Below, one piece after another: positions 29,392-39,667 of a stretch of 64,000 bases of DNA. The notes under the pieces are model-generated. The model made no database searches and had not been told where the DNA came from. It saw nothing but the letters and a program-made list of their open reading frames with translations. Both the position numbers and the translations under genes were made by a program. The DNA comes from an uncultured Thermodesulfobacteriota bacterium (GTDB lineage Bacteria; Desulfobacterota; Zymogenia; Zymogenales; Zymogenaceae), in assembly GCA_964542895.1 (NCBI GenBank), contig CAZIWT010000002.1:2730-66729 (forward strand), in the 5' to 3' direction. How positions within the stretch are numbered: the stretch's first letter is position 1; each line of letters starts with the position of its first letter.

Positions 29392-31494
29392 CTAAAAGAA
29401 CTTCTGCAGAATCCCGTCGCCGAACAGCATGAGTGCCGGTGCAATGACGAGGGAGACTACGCTCATGAGCTTGATCAGGATGTTCATCGACGGTCCCGAT
29501 GTATCCTTGAAGGGATCGCCTACGGTATCGCCGACGACGGCGGCCTTATGGGCGTCTGAGCCCTTGCCGCCGTGATGTCCCTGTTCTATATACTTTTTAC
29601 CGTTATCCCAGATGGCCCCACCGTTGGACATAAACAGCGCCATCAGGACTCCCGTGGCGGTCGCCCCGGCGAGCATTCCACCGAGGGCCTCTTTGCCGAG
29701 CAAAAATCCCACGAGGGGCGGCATGATTACCGCCGCAAGCCCGGGGACGATCATGTATCTGAGCGATGCCTTCGTGGCGATGTCCACGCAGCGAGCGGGG
29801 TCCGGCTTCCCCTTTCCCTCCATGATCCCAGGTATCTCCCGAAACTGGCGTCTGATCTCTTCGACCATGCTCATGGCCGCCTTTCCGACGGCGGTCATGG
29901 TTCTGGAGCCGAGGAAGAAGGGTATAGACGCCCCGATCAATATCCCGACTACAACGAGCGGCTCAATCAGGTCTATTACCTCAATGTTCGCCGTCTGGGT
30001 GTAGGCGGTAAAGAGGGCAAGCGCCGTCAGGGCGGCCGAGCCGATGGCAAAGCCCTTGCCGAGGGCCGCGGTGGTGTTACCCAATGCATCAAGGCTGTCG
30101 GTAATCTCCCGGACATCCTCTCCGAGGCCCGCCATCTCGGTGATTCCGCCGGCGTTGTCGGCGGCGGGGCCGTAGGCGTCAACGCTCATCGTAATTCCCA
30201 CCGTTCCCAGCATACCAACGGCCGCGATGCCGATTCCGTATATGCCGGCAAACTTGTACGAGAAGAGTGTTGCGACGACGATGATCAGGATTGGAATGAT
30301 GGTAGACTCCATCCCGAGGGCCAGGCCCGTGATGATGTTTGTCGCCGGCCCCGTCTCGGAGGCCTCCGCAACCCGGATCACCGGGACGTTCTTCGTAAAC
30401 CATGTGTTTTCCGACGTGTACCACTCCGTAACGAGCCCGATCAGGATGCCCGCCAAGGTTCCCGAGAGAATCGCGATAAAGGCGCCGTTGCTTCCGAAGG
30501 CGTTGGCGATGAAATAATTACCCACGAGGAAGATCCCTGCGGCGAGGAACGTCGAATATCTCAGGGTTTCGGCCGGGCCGATTTTCCTGAATATCTTGAC
30601 GGACCATATCCCTATCAGGGAGCAGATGAGGCCGAACGCCACCACCACCAACGGGAGCGCCATCAGACCCTGTTTAAGACCTGCAGCGGTTTCATCGCTT
30701 ATGTCGATGCCGACGTTTATGACGCTATTGAGGGTGGCGATGGAGGCGGTGGCGCCTATCGCGATGGTGGCGATTATCGCCCCCACGTAGGACTCGAAGA
30801 TATCGGCGCCCATTCCGGCTATGTCTCCCACGTTGTCGCCCACGTTGTCCGCAATGACTCCGGGGTTCCTCGGGTCGTCCTCGGGGATTCCGGCCTCAAC
30901 CTTTCCCACGAGGTCCGCTCCCACGTCCGCGCTCTTTGTGTAGATTCCGCCGCCGACCCTCGCGAAGAGGGCTATGGAGCTGGCGCCCATGGCGAAACCG
31001 TTGATGTACTTGGCGGTCTCGGGGTCGCCGAAGACTATAAAGAAGATCCCCACGCCCACAAGCCCGAGGCTTGCGACCGAGAGTCCCATAACCACGCCGC
31101 CCATAAACGAGACGGTGAGGGCCTTTTCAAGGCCGCTTGTTGCCGCCGCCTGAGATGTCCTGACGTTTGCCCTCGTGGCGGCCTTCATGCCGAAAAAGCC
31201 GGCGAACATCGATGACAGGGCGCCGGAGATATAGGCTACGGTGGTCATCCAGCTTTTATCGACAAAGAGACCCAATAAAACTGCAACGGCAGCGAGAAAT
31301 ATAAGGAGTATCGAATACTCTCTCTTCAAAAACACCATTGCCCCGTCGTGTATCTGCTGGGCAATGTCCCGCATCAACTCGGTGCCGTCGTCCTGCCTCT
31401 TGACGAACATGTAGATGAACAGTGCCGTCAAAAGCCCCAAGAGGCCGATTATCGGCGCAAGGTACGCCAACTTGTAAATCATGCTTTCCTCCAA
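29392..31494 (-). CDS. hppA: membrane-bound proton/sodium-translocating pyrophosphatase
   Basis: [46 protein letters not shown]... motifs. 700 aa, polytopic. Confidence 0.9.
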   Translation of the reverse strand: MEESMIYKLAYLAPIIGLLGLLTALFIYMFVKRQDDGTELMRDIAQQIHDGAMVFLKREYSILLIFLAAVAVLLGLFVDKSWMTTVAYISGALSSMFAGFFGMKAATRANVRTSQAAATSGLEKALTVSFMGGVVMGLSVASLGLVGVGIFFIVFGDPETAKYINGFAMGASSIALFARVGGGIYTKSADVGADLVGKVEAGIPEDDPRNPGVIADNVGDNVGDIAGMGADIFESYVGAIIATIAIGATASIATLNSVINVGIDISDETAAGLKQGLMALPLVVVAFGLICSLIGIWSVKIFRKIGPAETLRYSTFLAAGIFLVGNYFIANAFGSNGAFIAILSGTLAGILIGLVTEWYTSENTWFTKNVPVIRVAEASETGPATNIITGLALGMESTIIPILIIVVATLFSYKFAGIYGIGIAAVGMLGTVGITMSVDAYGPAADNAGGITEMAGLGEDVREITDSLDALGNTTAALGKGFAIGSAALTALALFTAYTQTANIEVIDLIEPLVVVGILIGASIPFFLGSRTMTAVGKAAMSMVEEIRRQFREIPGIMEGKGKPDPARCVDIATKASLRYMIVPGLAAVIMPPLVGFLLGKEALGGMLAGATATGVLMALFMSNGGAIWDNGKKYIEQGHHGGKGSDAHKAAVVGDTVGDPFKDTSGPSMNILIKLMSVVSLVIAPALMLFGDGILQKFF

Positions 31495-31538
31495 AAAATA
31501 GACTGTAGCAATGTGGACTGCCGTTTTAGAGTTTCGAA

Positions 31539-32153
31539 CTACTCGTTAAACCTGTTCATGGCAATGTCCACTCCGTCGTGTAGAATCGAAAAGAGGGATT
31601 CTTTCGCCCTCTCTATTATTTCTTCAAGTTGAAGGCTCTCGCTTGATGAGAACCGGCTCAATACGAAGTCGGCGGGGTCCTCATTCTCACCCCTTCCCAC
31701 TCCAATCCTGAGCCTGATGAAATCCGATTTGTTAAGCTCTTCTATTATAGATTTCATTCCCCTGTGTCCGCCGGAGCCCCCCCGGGGGCGAATCCTGATC
31801 CTCCCGAAGTCAAGGTCGATATCATCGGTAACGACGATGATATCCTCCGGCGAGAGGCGGTAGAAGTCCAAGACGGCCGACACACAATAACCGGATCGGT
31901 TCATGTAAGTCTGTGGGAGAACCAAAAGCAGTGTCTCGTCTCCCATTCCCCCCCTCACACCCCCGTCTCCATTATCCCTCTTTTCCCTTTCTATCCCCCC
32001 AATTTTGCCCGTCCCGATCTTCGCGTTGAACTTACTTTTTTTTATGGATATCCCCATCTCTTCCCCGAGGGAAGAGACGACCATAAATCCGACGTTGTGT
32101 CTGGTTTTGCTATATTTTCTGCCCGGGTTTCCAAGCCCGAAGATGGCCTTCAT
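31539..32153 (-). CDS. pth: peptidyl-tRNA hydrolase with an internal Gly/Asp-rich insert
   Basis: [27 protein letters not shown]-terminus. A ~25-aa low-complexity insert [22 protein letters not shown]. Confidence 0.85.
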   Translation of the reverse strand: MKAIFGLGNPGRKYSKTRHNVGFMVVSSLGEEMGISIKKSKFNAKIGTGKIGGIEREKRDNGDGGVRGGMGDETLLLVLPQTYMNRSGYCVSAVLDFYRLSPEDIIVVTDDIDLDFGRIRIRPRGGSGGHRGMKSIIEELNKSDFIRLRIGVGRGENEDPADFVLSRFSSSESLQLEEIIERAKESLFSILHDGVDIAMNRFNE

Positions 32154-32451
32154 ATCTTAAAAAAGCGTAAAAAACGCGTAAAAGCGCGTAAAAGTGACCC
32201 ACGTTTTGGGTTTAATCGCCTAAATCAGAGATTGAATCACAGCATCTTTAAAAGCCGTGAAATCCGATCGACACCCTTTTTTGTCCGTCCCTGATCTCAA
32301 AATAGCTTAAGCCTCGAGCTTCATCACCTCGAGTTAGAAATTCCCCTCCCCGTTCCTGTTTGCACAAAGAAGTAGATGACCGTGTTCTTTTGGCAGTGGG
32401 AAAATTATCGGGTCGAAACTCCCATTTTGATATTGATAGGGATTTGAATGT

Positions 32452-33132
32452 CTATTCGCTCCCTTCTCCTTCCCCTTGATCCTCTGCGGTCTCCTCCCCT
32501 TCGGCCTCGCCCTCGCCCTCGATCTCTTCTTCAACCTCCTCTTCGACCTCTTCCTCGTACAGTTTGGGCGCAACCACAATGACTACGGTGTAGTTGACGC
32601 TCATCTCGGTCTGGCAGCCCTCTGGAAGCTTTATGTCGTTTAGGTGGATGGAATCTCCAATATTTAATTCGGAGACATCAACCTCTATATATTCCGGGAT
32701 ATTTGTCGGAAGGGCGGAGATATCCAGCTGTCTCCGGATCTCCTGTAAAATTCCACCCATCTTTACTCCCTCCGCCTTTCCTACGAAGTGTATCGGAACC
32801 TCGACGGTAAGTACCTTTTCCATATCTATCTTATGAAGATCGATGTGGATGTATTCGTGGGTCAGGGGGTGAATCTGGAGCTCCTTTAGAATAACGATGT
32901 TGCCTTCAATCTTTTTTCCCCCTTCATCCTCCCCGACAATATTAAAGAAGGGATTTGTGGTTTCGAGTCCCCTCATGGTCATTCTAAAGTCGTGGGTGTT
33001 GGTCTTTATCATCACGGGTTCGGTTTTGTACCCGTAGATGATTCCCGGGACCATGCCGCTTGCCCTAAGCCTTTTGGCGGCCCCTTTCCCGACTGATTCC
33101 CTTGTTGAAATTTTCAATTTTTCAATTTCCAT
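32452..33132 (-). CDS. rplY: 50S ribosomal protein L25 / general stress protein Ctc with acidic C-terminal tail
   Basis: RESVGKGAAKRLRASGMVPGIIYG. C-terminal EEEVEEEVEEE... Confidence 0.85.
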   Translation of the reverse strand: MEIEKLKISTRESVGKGAAKRLRASGMVPGIIYGYKTEPVMIKTNTHDFRMTMRGLETTNPFFNIVGEDEGGKKIEGNIVILKELQIHPLTHEYIHIDLHKIDMEKVLTVEVPIHFVGKAEGVKMGGILQEIRRQLDISALPTNIPEYIEVDVSELNIGDSIHLNDIKLPEGCQTEMSVNYTVVIVVAPKLYEEEVEEEVEEEIEGEGEAEGEETAEDQGEGEGSE

Positions 33133-33218
33133 CTCGTTTCACCTGTTTTTTGTAATAAATAAGGGCCTGAAAGCCCATTATAACACAACTAATAAGAGGT
33201 AGTGACTCTCTTTTTAAA

Positions 33219-34178
33219 TTATTTTCTTTTCGGATTTTTATAGAACAGCTCGCTAACGGATTTCCGCTTATGTACCCTCTTTATCGCTTCTCCAAAGAGT
33301 TTTGAGACCTTAAGCACCTTTGTCTTGCTCGATCTTTTTGCCTCTTCCCTCAGGGGGATGGTATTGGAGACTATGATCTCCTGCAATGGTGAATTGTTTA
33401 TCCTTTCTACGGCAGGCCCCGAGAGGACGGGGTGCGTAAGGACGCCGTATACGTTCTTTGCTCCATTGTCATTCAGGGCTTCCGCGGCATTTACCAGCGT
33501 TCCCGCAGTATCGACCATATCGTCCAAGATAATCGCGTTCTGATCCCTTACATCACCTATGATATTCATCACCTCGGCGACGTTGGGTCCTTGCCTGCGC
33601 TTGTCTATTATGGCAAGCCCAACGCCGAGTCTCTGGGCGTATGCCCTCGCCCTTTCCACGCCGCCGGCGTCCGGGGAGACGATTATCATGTCCTTTCCGA
33701 ACTTGTCCTTTAAATATTCGAGCATCACCGGAGAGGAGTATAGGTGGTCAACCGGGATGTTGAAAAAGCCCTGAATCTGTCCCGCGTGGAGTTCCATGGA
33801 GATAACCCGCTGTGTCCCCGCGGCGATCAGGAGATCGGCAACCAGCTTTGCCGTGATGGGGGCCCTCGGAAAGACCTTCTTGTCCTGTCTGGCGTAGCCG
33901 TAATAGGGGATGACGGCGGTGATCTCCTCGGAAGACGCCCTCTTTAGGGCGTCAATCATGACGAGGAGCTCCATGAGGTTGTCGTTTACGGGGGGGGAGG
34001 TCGACTGTATGACGAAGACTTGCATTCCCCTTACGCTCTCGTGTATCTCCACAGAGCTCTCGCCGTCGGAAAAGGCGCCCACCTCCGCCTTTCCCAGAGG
34101 TATGCCCAGAAAATCGCATATCTCCTTGGCTATCTGCGGATTGGAGTTTCCGGTAAAGACTTTAATCTTCTTATTCAA
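33219..34178 (-). CDS. prs: ribose-phosphate pyrophosphokinase
   Basis: KVFTGNSNP...GAFSDGE N-terminus. PRPP-binding DDMVDTAGT loop. Confidence 0.9.
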   Translation of the reverse strand: MNKKIKVFTGNSNPQIAKEICDFLGIPLGKAEVGAFSDGESSVEIHESVRGMQVFVIQSTSPPVNDNLMELLVMIDALKRASSEEITAVIPYYGYARQDKKVFPRAPITAKLVADLLIAAGTQRVISMELHAGQIQGFFNIPVDHLYSSPVMLEYLKDKFGKDMIIVSPDAGGVERARAYAQRLGVGLAIIDKRRQGPNVAEVMNIIGDVRDQNAIILDDMVDTAGTLVNAAEALNDNGAKNVYGVLTHPVLSGPAVERINNSPLQEIIVSNTIPLREEAKRSSKTKVLKVSKLFGEAIKRVHKRKSVSELFYKNPKRK

Positions 34179-34269
34179 TTCTGTTCCCTGTCGAGATCTG
34201 CCTTGTTTTTAAAATCTATCGGCCGTTTTGACCGCCGTTTTTCAATTTATCTGTTCAAGTAAATACGGT

Positions 34270-34344
34270 TGGCTGGGGTGGGAGGATTCGAACCTCCGAA
34301 TGCGGGAGCCAAAGTCCCGTGACTTACCGCTTGTCGACACCCCA
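34270..34344 (-). tRNA. tRNA-Gln (anticodon UUG)
   Basis: Reverse complement reads TGGGGTGTCGACAAGCGGTAAGTCACGGGACTTTGGCTCCCGCATTCGGAGGTTCGAATCCTCCCACCCCAGCCA. It has the cloverleaf with a CTTTGGC anticodon loop and is close to E. coli tRNA-Gln. Confidence 0.85.
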
Positions 34345-34887
34345 AGCTGTAAAAAAGTCGAGCGTCTGAATAACCTACTCGTCGTCCTGTTTATTCGAGG
34401 TGGGATTAGAGATACATTTTACCTCGACTCCACGAGCTTTTATTGATAGATTACCCGACGCATTCCATCGCTATTAATCTTCGCTATTGAACTTTATCGG
34501 AACGAGCTTTAAGCCTCCTGAAATTGTCGCTGACCACTTTTGGAATCGATTGCCCGTCTTCTCATATTTTCATAAAAAAGTAAAAAAGTGCCACAGCGAT
34601 ATACTATATAGCCCTATCGAATTGGCCGTTACCCGATTTTTAATGATCAGGCGGATAACCGCCCGCTCAACAGCGATGATTTTCCAAAGGCAAGCGGCCG
34701 TAAGTAAATAATCGCCTCAAACAGCATCTCCAGCAAATAGAGACTTCCCGTCTGCATTCCCCCCTCTCCTTTCCCCCTGCATCCCGCTCTCCTTGCATCG
34801 CTTCCCCCCTTTTCACCTTGCCCCCGCTTCCCGATCCCGTTCTGCTGTTAACTTGGGCGGTCGATCAATTACGAATTTTCAAACAAT

Positions 34888-35211
34888 CTAATATTCGTCA
34901 TCAAAACTTTTATCTGTTTCTTCCCTCTCTCCCGATGTTTCCCCCTTCTCAAGTTCGCTTTCGTACTCCTGCAGGACAACCTCTTCTATCATCTCCCTGG
35001 TCTTGTTATTGAGGGGATGGGCGGTGTCCCGAAAGGTTCCGTCTTTTCTCTTTTTGCTCGGCATGGCAACAAAGAGTCCATTGTTTCCGTTGATGATCTT
35101 AAGGTCGCGAATGATGAAACAATCGTCGAACGTTATGGTTGCGTACGCTTTCAATCTCTCCTCACCTACTGGAAAAACTCTGACCTCTGTAATCTCCATT
35201 GATGCCTCCAT
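34888..35211 (-). CDS. spoVG: septation protein SpoVG
   Basis: MEITEVRVFPV...KAYATITFDDCFIIRDLKII.GNNGLFVAMPS. Confidence 0.85.
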   Translation of the reverse strand: MEASMEITEVRVFPVGEERLKAYATITFDDCFIIRDLKIINGNNGLFVAMPSKKRKDGTFRDTAHPLNNKTREMIEEVVLQEYESELEKGETSGEREETDKSFDDEY

Positions 35212-35270
35212 AGCCTTGTGTTAGTTGAAAAACAATCTTAAGTTGAAAACTATTGAATTCGTTAAAACAG

Positions 35271-36203
35271 TCAATAAAAGAGATTTTGCGCTAAAAAAAC
35301 TTTCCATTCTTGGTTTGAACGTATCTCTTCAAACGCCCTTTTTGCCACGACCTGATCTTCGAAGATGCCGAAAACGGAAGACCCGCTGCCGGTGAGCATA
35401 GACTTTAAGGAGCCGAGCTTCTCAAGCTCCCCTTTGATCCGGCTCACATCGGGAAGATAAATATTGTCTTCCCCTCCCTTCCCCTCATCTCCCACCCCTC
35501 TCTCTCGGCCATCATTTTTGCCATTATCAATTGGCCCGGCCCCCACCACGGTCTCGAAGTCGTTTGACATCCCCTTAACAAGACCTTCAAGAGTTCCATT
35601 AAACGTCGGAATAATAATACTTTTTTTATTGAATGTCAACCCTAAATCAATTTTTTTGTATGCCAATTTTGTGGAAACCGAGCCGGGCGGCTTGACAACA
35701 ACCATCCACGTTTTTGGGATTTCCTCGATCTTTTTGACATTTTCTCCCGTGCCGGTGACGAGCGCCGGGGAGCCGAAGATAAAAAACGGCACATCGGACC
35801 CGATTTTCATCCCGACGGCGAGGAGCTCGTCTTTGCCGAAGCCGAGGCTCAAATGCTCGTTCAGCTTGAGCATCACCGAGGCGGCGTTGGAGCTGGCCCC
35901 ACCGAGGCCCGATTCCAACGGGATGGTCTTTTCTATATTCACCCTTACGCCCACATCGACCTTCGCCTCTTTGAGGAGGGCCTCGACGGCCCTGTAGACC
36001 GTGTTTAAAGGGCCACCGGGAACCTCTTTGTTGTCGGACTCGACGGCTATTCCTTTACCTTCGAAGGAAACGGTGATCCGGTCGTATATGTCTACGGTGC
36101 TCATTACCGTTGCGATCTCGTGGTAGCCGTTGGGGAGCTTTTCCCCTACCCTGAGGAAATAGTTCACCTTGGCGGGCGACTTGAACGTCAGGGAATCAGA
36201 CAC
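35271..36203 (-). CDS. ispE: 4-diphosphocytidyl-2-C-methyl-D-erythritol kinase with an internal Gly/Asp-rich insert
   Basis: KVNYFLRVGEKLPNGYHEIATVM (GHMP kinase N-terminus). ATP-binding motif PLESGLGGASSNAA. Insert IDNGKNDGRERGVGDEGKGGEDN. Confidence 0.8.
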   Translation of the reverse strand: MSDSLTFKSPAKVNYFLRVGEKLPNGYHEIATVMSTVDIYDRITVSFEGKGIAVESDNKEVPGGPLNTVYRAVEALLKEAKVDVGVRVNIEKTIPLESGLGGASSNAASVMLKLNEHLSLGFGKDELLAVGMKIGSDVPFFIFGSPALVTGTGENVKKIEEIPKTWMVVVKPPGSVSTKLAYKKIDLGLTFNKKSIIIPTFNGTLEGLVKGMSNDFETVVGAGPIDNGKNDGRERGVGDEGKGGEDNIYLPDVSRIKGELEKLGSLKSMLTGSGSSVFGIFEDQVVAKRAFEEIRSNQEWKVFLAQNLFY

Positions 36204-36786
36204 CTACGACCTCCCTTATCTTGGACCAGAGCTTCTCCTTTCCGGTACCCTTGAGAGATGAGAAGACCACGATGTCATCCGGCCTGCATCCGAGGGTCTC
36301 GGCTATCTTTGCCAGCTGGCCTTTGACTTTATTTTTCTTCTCCTTGTCCGCCTTTGTGGCCACGACGAGGGAAGGGATATCGTTTTCCTTTAACCACAGG
36401 AGGAAGGAGAGCTCCTCCTCTTCCGGTCCCCGCCTTATATCGACTATTACGACGACGAGCTTGAGGGCCTCGTTTCCCGTGAGATATTTTTCCACCATGG
36501 GGCGCCACGATCTCCTCATCTCAACCGGGACCTTGGCGTAGCCGTAGCCCGGGAGGTCGACGAAGACGAGCTCGTCATTGATGTTGAAGAAGTTTATCTC
36601 CCTCGTCCTGCCGGGCGTTGAGGATGTCCTGGCGAGCTTCTTTCTCCCTACGATACTGTTGATCAGGGACGATTTCCCCACATTGGAGCGCCCCGAAAAG
36701 GCCACCTGGGGCCTATCTTTAAACTCCCTTAAAAAGTCGCCCGGGTCCGTCGCCCCCATGATAAACTCGGCCTTTTTGATTTTCAT
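36196..36786 (-). CDS. engB: ribosome biogenesis GTP-binding protein YsxC/EngB
   Basis: G1 GRSNVGKSS, G3 DLPGYGYA, G4 TKADK. 8-nt overlap with ispE. Confidence 0.85.
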   Translation of the reverse strand: MKIKKAEFIMGATDPGDFLREFKDRPQVAFSGRSNVGKSSLINSIVGRKKLARTSSTPGRTREINFFNINDELVFVDLPGYGYAKVPVEMRRSWRPMVEKYLTGNEALKLVVVIVDIRRGPEEEELSFLLWLKENDIPSLVVATKADKEKKNKVKGQLAKIAETLGCRPDDIVVFSSLKGTGKEKLWSKIREVVGV

Positions 36787-36797
36787 GGCTAAAACTC

Positions 36798-37394
36798 TTA
36801 ATATTTTTGCCCGGTCCTAAACATAACTTCCCAAATCTCATCCAACAGGACGTCCCTGTTCAACCGTGTGATCTCAAAGAGCCTGACGTCCCCCCGGCGC
36901 TTTATGCCGGTTATGAAATCGTCTCCCGCGGATTTCTTGGAGACGGTGGCGACCACCGTTCCGGCACAGTCCATTGCCCCCAAGACGGCGCTTTTAAATT
37001 TCTCCGACAGACATTCCATCTTTCCTATCTCGTCTATTATCGTAATATCGGGGCCTTTCAAAATAGATGGGACGGCGACCTCATCGATGTTTTTCAAAAA
37101 AACGGTGTAGCTCCCCATCCTGGCGAAATCAGCGCTTGAACCCTTTTCCGCGCTCGATGCGGTCGATTTTACCGCCAGCGGGACCCTCTTGGAGCCGGCG
37201 CCGAAGGGGACCGTTATTATGTCGAATCCCACCCTCCCCCTGTCGCCCCTGACCTCTATTGTGACAAAGCCGGATTTTTCGCCCTCGATTTTGTCGATGA
37301 GATCGATGATCAGGGTAGTCTTCCCGGAGCCGGGGAGTCCAGTGATGAGGATGTGTCGCCGCCGATCTCCTTGATCTTCTCTCGTTTTTTCCAT
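36798..37394 (-). CDS. THEP1-like nucleoside-triphosphatase
   Basis: ILITGLPGSGKTTL Walker A near the N-terminus. ~190 aa, typical of the NTPase_1 family. Confidence 0.65.
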   Translation of the reverse strand: MEKTREDQGDRRRHILITGLPGSGKTTLIIDLIDKIEGEKSGFVTIEVRGDRGRVGFDIITVPFGAGSKRVPLAVKSTASSAEKGSSADFARMGSYTVFLKNIDEVAVPSILKGPDITIIDEIGKMECLSEKFKSAVLGAMDCAGTVVATVSKKSAGDDFITGIKRRGDVRLFEITRLNRDVLLDEIWEVMFRTGQKY

Positions 37395-37928
37395 TCGTTT
37401 CAGTTGATGTTTATAGGTAAATTCCGAGGCGGATGATGCGGTCTTAAAACAGCCAGCGTCGATAGAATATTGAAGTTGGCTTCTACCGTGGGATGCCTTG
37501 AGTTCGAAAACATCTTGGATCGACCGAGCAGGCCGACAATATGGAATTGAAACGGGGATTCGCTCTCAACGTCGACTTTCCACAGCTCCAAAAGAACCCT
37601 GATTCGAGATAGTATTGGACGCCGGGGGGCGGCCGAATACGGCTGTAATGATAGAATCTTTAAGCTTCTAAATGACTTTGAAGTTATGTAATCGGTCATA
37701 ACAAAAGACCGGCGGTCAAGATCTCGTTGAACGGTCTTTTGAAAACAATATATACTATAAAGCAAGAAGCTTACCTGCTCCCAATGTCAATATAAGAAGA
37801 GCCGCTAAAACCGGCTCTTTAGAGAGTTACTGAAAGACACATTGGAGGTAGCATTGACTACATATGCAAATCCTGCCTTTTGCCCCGCCCGCCCGTCTCT
37901 GCCGCCATTAGGTTACGTTGTCGGCATC

Positions 37929-38019
37929 CCCCTGAAGATTACTTTATCGCCCCCCCCAAATATGTTACCGGCCTTACCCTTGAAATTACTTTGCCGCTCT
38001 CCCCAAATATTGCCAAGCC
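37929..38019. repeat. imperfect tandem direct repeat (2 x ~43 nt)
   Basis: CCCTGAAGATTACTTTATCGCCCCCCCCAAATATGTTACCGGCC and CCCTTGAAATTACTTTGCCGCTCTCCCCAAATATTGCCAAGCC, downstream of the bS22-like gene. Confidence 0.5.
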
Positions 38020-38091
38020 TCCATTTCAAAAGTATCAGACGGGGCACGGAACAGCCCGCGTTCCTAAAACCAGCGTCCCCGCCCCTAGGGA

Positions 38092-38190
38092 CTACCTGCC
38101 CCTCCTGCGCTTGTGCCGCATCTTGTCGCGAAGCTTTTTATACTTGTGCTTTCTCATCTTCTTCCTGCGCTTTTTAATCACACTTCCCAA
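38092..38190 (-). CDS. tiny basic ribosomal protein, bS22-like (32 aa, TTG start)
   Basis: Minus-strand ORF TTG-GSVIKKRRKKMRKHKYKKLRDKMRHKRRRGR-TAG. GGAGG sits 7 nt upstream of the TTG. The GSVIKKRRK(K/R)M N-terminus matches bS22-family proteins. Confidence 0.5.
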   Translation of the reverse strand: MGSVIKKRRKKMRKHKYKKLRDKMRHKRRRGR

Positions 38191-38357
38191 AAGTTTACCT
38201 CCAAAATTAAGATAATCTAAACTTTTATCAAAATAAGACTGAAAATTCAAGCTATTTCTGTGAAAAACGAAAAAAAATTCCTTTTGCCTTTTGTGTAAGG
38301 AATATCAAAAATCATACAAAAAACAAATTTTTTTACTATATTTATACAATTAATCGG

Positions 38358-38388
38358 TTGACACCTCACCTTATATCTGGTAGATAAT
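38358..38388 (+). promoter_or_regulatory. candidate sigma70 promoter (TTGACA-N17-TAGATA or -N19-GATAAT) for the alpha/beta hydrolase gene
   Basis: TTGACA at 38358..38363 in an AT-rich upstream region. Confidence 0.35.
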
Positions 38389-38457
38389 TTATCTAACAAA
38401 TCATCTATATTGTATGTTTGTTAGCTGTTTTTTTGGATCTGAGCAGAGTGGAAAAAT

Positions 38458-39318
38458 ATGATATTTAGAAGAAAAAAAGAGATTAAGTGCTCAACTGCGG
38501 GAGAAAACGACGAGCTTAGAACGGTCGAAATCGACGGGCTGACCATCTCGTACAAGATCAGCGGCTCCGGGCCGCCCCTCGTCTTCTTCCACGGCTGGAT
38601 AGGACACGAGGACACGTTCGGCCTTTGTCACGAGGGTTTCGGCCGCCACTTCACCGTCTATCGTCCCGCCTGGCCCGGGTACGGCGGAAGCACCCCGATG
38701 CGCGGCTTTACCATCGAGGATTTCGTTGAGGTGGGGAGAAAATTCATGGACAAGCTGGGTTTGAAAAAAGTCACCCTCATAGGAAATTGCCTCGGAGGTA
38801 ACGTGGCGATGGAGTTCGCCCAGCGCCATCCGGAATATCTGTCGAAAATGATCTTGATCGAGACCCACGCGTACTTCCCGAACTACCTCTATCCCCTCCT
38901 GACGCCGGGGCTGGGGGCGTTCATATACTGGTTCGTTTTCAAGAACATGACGATGTTTAACGTCCTCAACTCCTTTATGCCCATTCAGCAGAAGGACATA
39001 AGCGACGACTTCCCCTACACCTGGGAGGGATTCGAGAGAACGCGCATAAGGAGCGCCCTCGGCTTTTTGAGGGCGGTCTACAAGTACTCCAAGAAGACGG
39101 GTGACGATTACGTCGACAACTACAAGGCGGACGTGCCGATCCTTTACGTCGAGGGGGGAAAGACGTTCGGGCCCGTGGGCACCTTTTCTCAGAAGGTCAG
39201 GGAGCACTTCGATAACACCGAGATAGTCTCACTGCCGGAGGCGGAGCACAACCCGGTGTGTGAGAAACCGGAGATATTCAACGAGCGTGTCCTCAAGACG
39301 ATGGGGTTTGACTCCTAA
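38458..39318 (+). CDS. alpha/beta-fold hydrolase with a Cys in the nucleophile-elbow position
   Basis: LVFFHGWIGHEDTF oxyanion region. The elbow reads IGNCLGGN (G-x-C-x-G, like the dienelactone hydrolase GYCLGG) rather than GxSxG. Confidence 0.75.
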   Translation: MIFRRKKEIKCSTAGENDELRTVEIDGLTISYKISGSGPPLVFFHGWIGHEDTFGLCHEGFGRHFTVYRPAWPGYGGSTPMRGFTIEDFVEVGRKFMDKLGLKKVTLIGNCLGGNVAMEFAQRHPEYLSKMILIETHAYFPNYLYPLLTPGLGAFIYWFVFKNMTMFNVLNSFMPIQQKDISDDFPYTWEGFERTRIRSALGFLRAVYKYSKKTGDDYVDNYKADVPILYVEGGKTFGPVGTFSQKVREHFDNTEIVSLPEAEHNPVCEKPEIFNERVLKTMGFDS

Positions 39319-39667
39319 ATATAAGCCGAAAGTTCCGGTCCGGTTTTGGGGTTTGACGCCTAAAAGTAGATCGACTGTTCGGGTATTGTGTCGTTTTTTG
39401 GGGTGTTCTGCGCCATAAATTCCTTTAAAAAAGCTCGCCGCATTATTTTCCCATAGTTACCCCGGCCCGATTACTCAACTAATACCCCAACGGTTTTTCG
39501 TAGGCCACTTTATCTCGCCGGCATATCCGTGGAAATCCGTGTCTTGTCTCGAAGGCGCTGGGGGATGAGGGGTCCGGCAGACAGATCTGTATTAAGAAAA
39601 ATAGTGCGGCGGCGTAAAACGACATCACGTCTTTTTATTAAAAAGACCGGCGGGAATCTGATGGGTG

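Noticed and set aside
29572-31215. 547-aa plus-strand ORF (and several 60-130-aa ORFs) antisense to hppA
   Set aside because: Arg/Gly/His-rich low-complexity translation typical of shadow ORFs in high-GC DNA. The minus-strand frame carries unmistakable pyrophosphatase motifs.
32334-32579. 81-aa basic ORF (KRSKRRLKKRSRARARPKGRRPQRIKGK) on the minus strand inside rplY
   Set aside because: It is the antisense reading of the acidic Glu-rich tail codons of L25/Ctc. This is a composition artefact.
37842-38215. Two overlapping ~110-aa plus-strand ORFs in the 37.8-38.2 kb region
   Set aside because: Pro/Leu/Ser-rich with no start context. The opposite strand encodes a compact bS22-like peptide with an SD, which better explains the conservation-like open frame.
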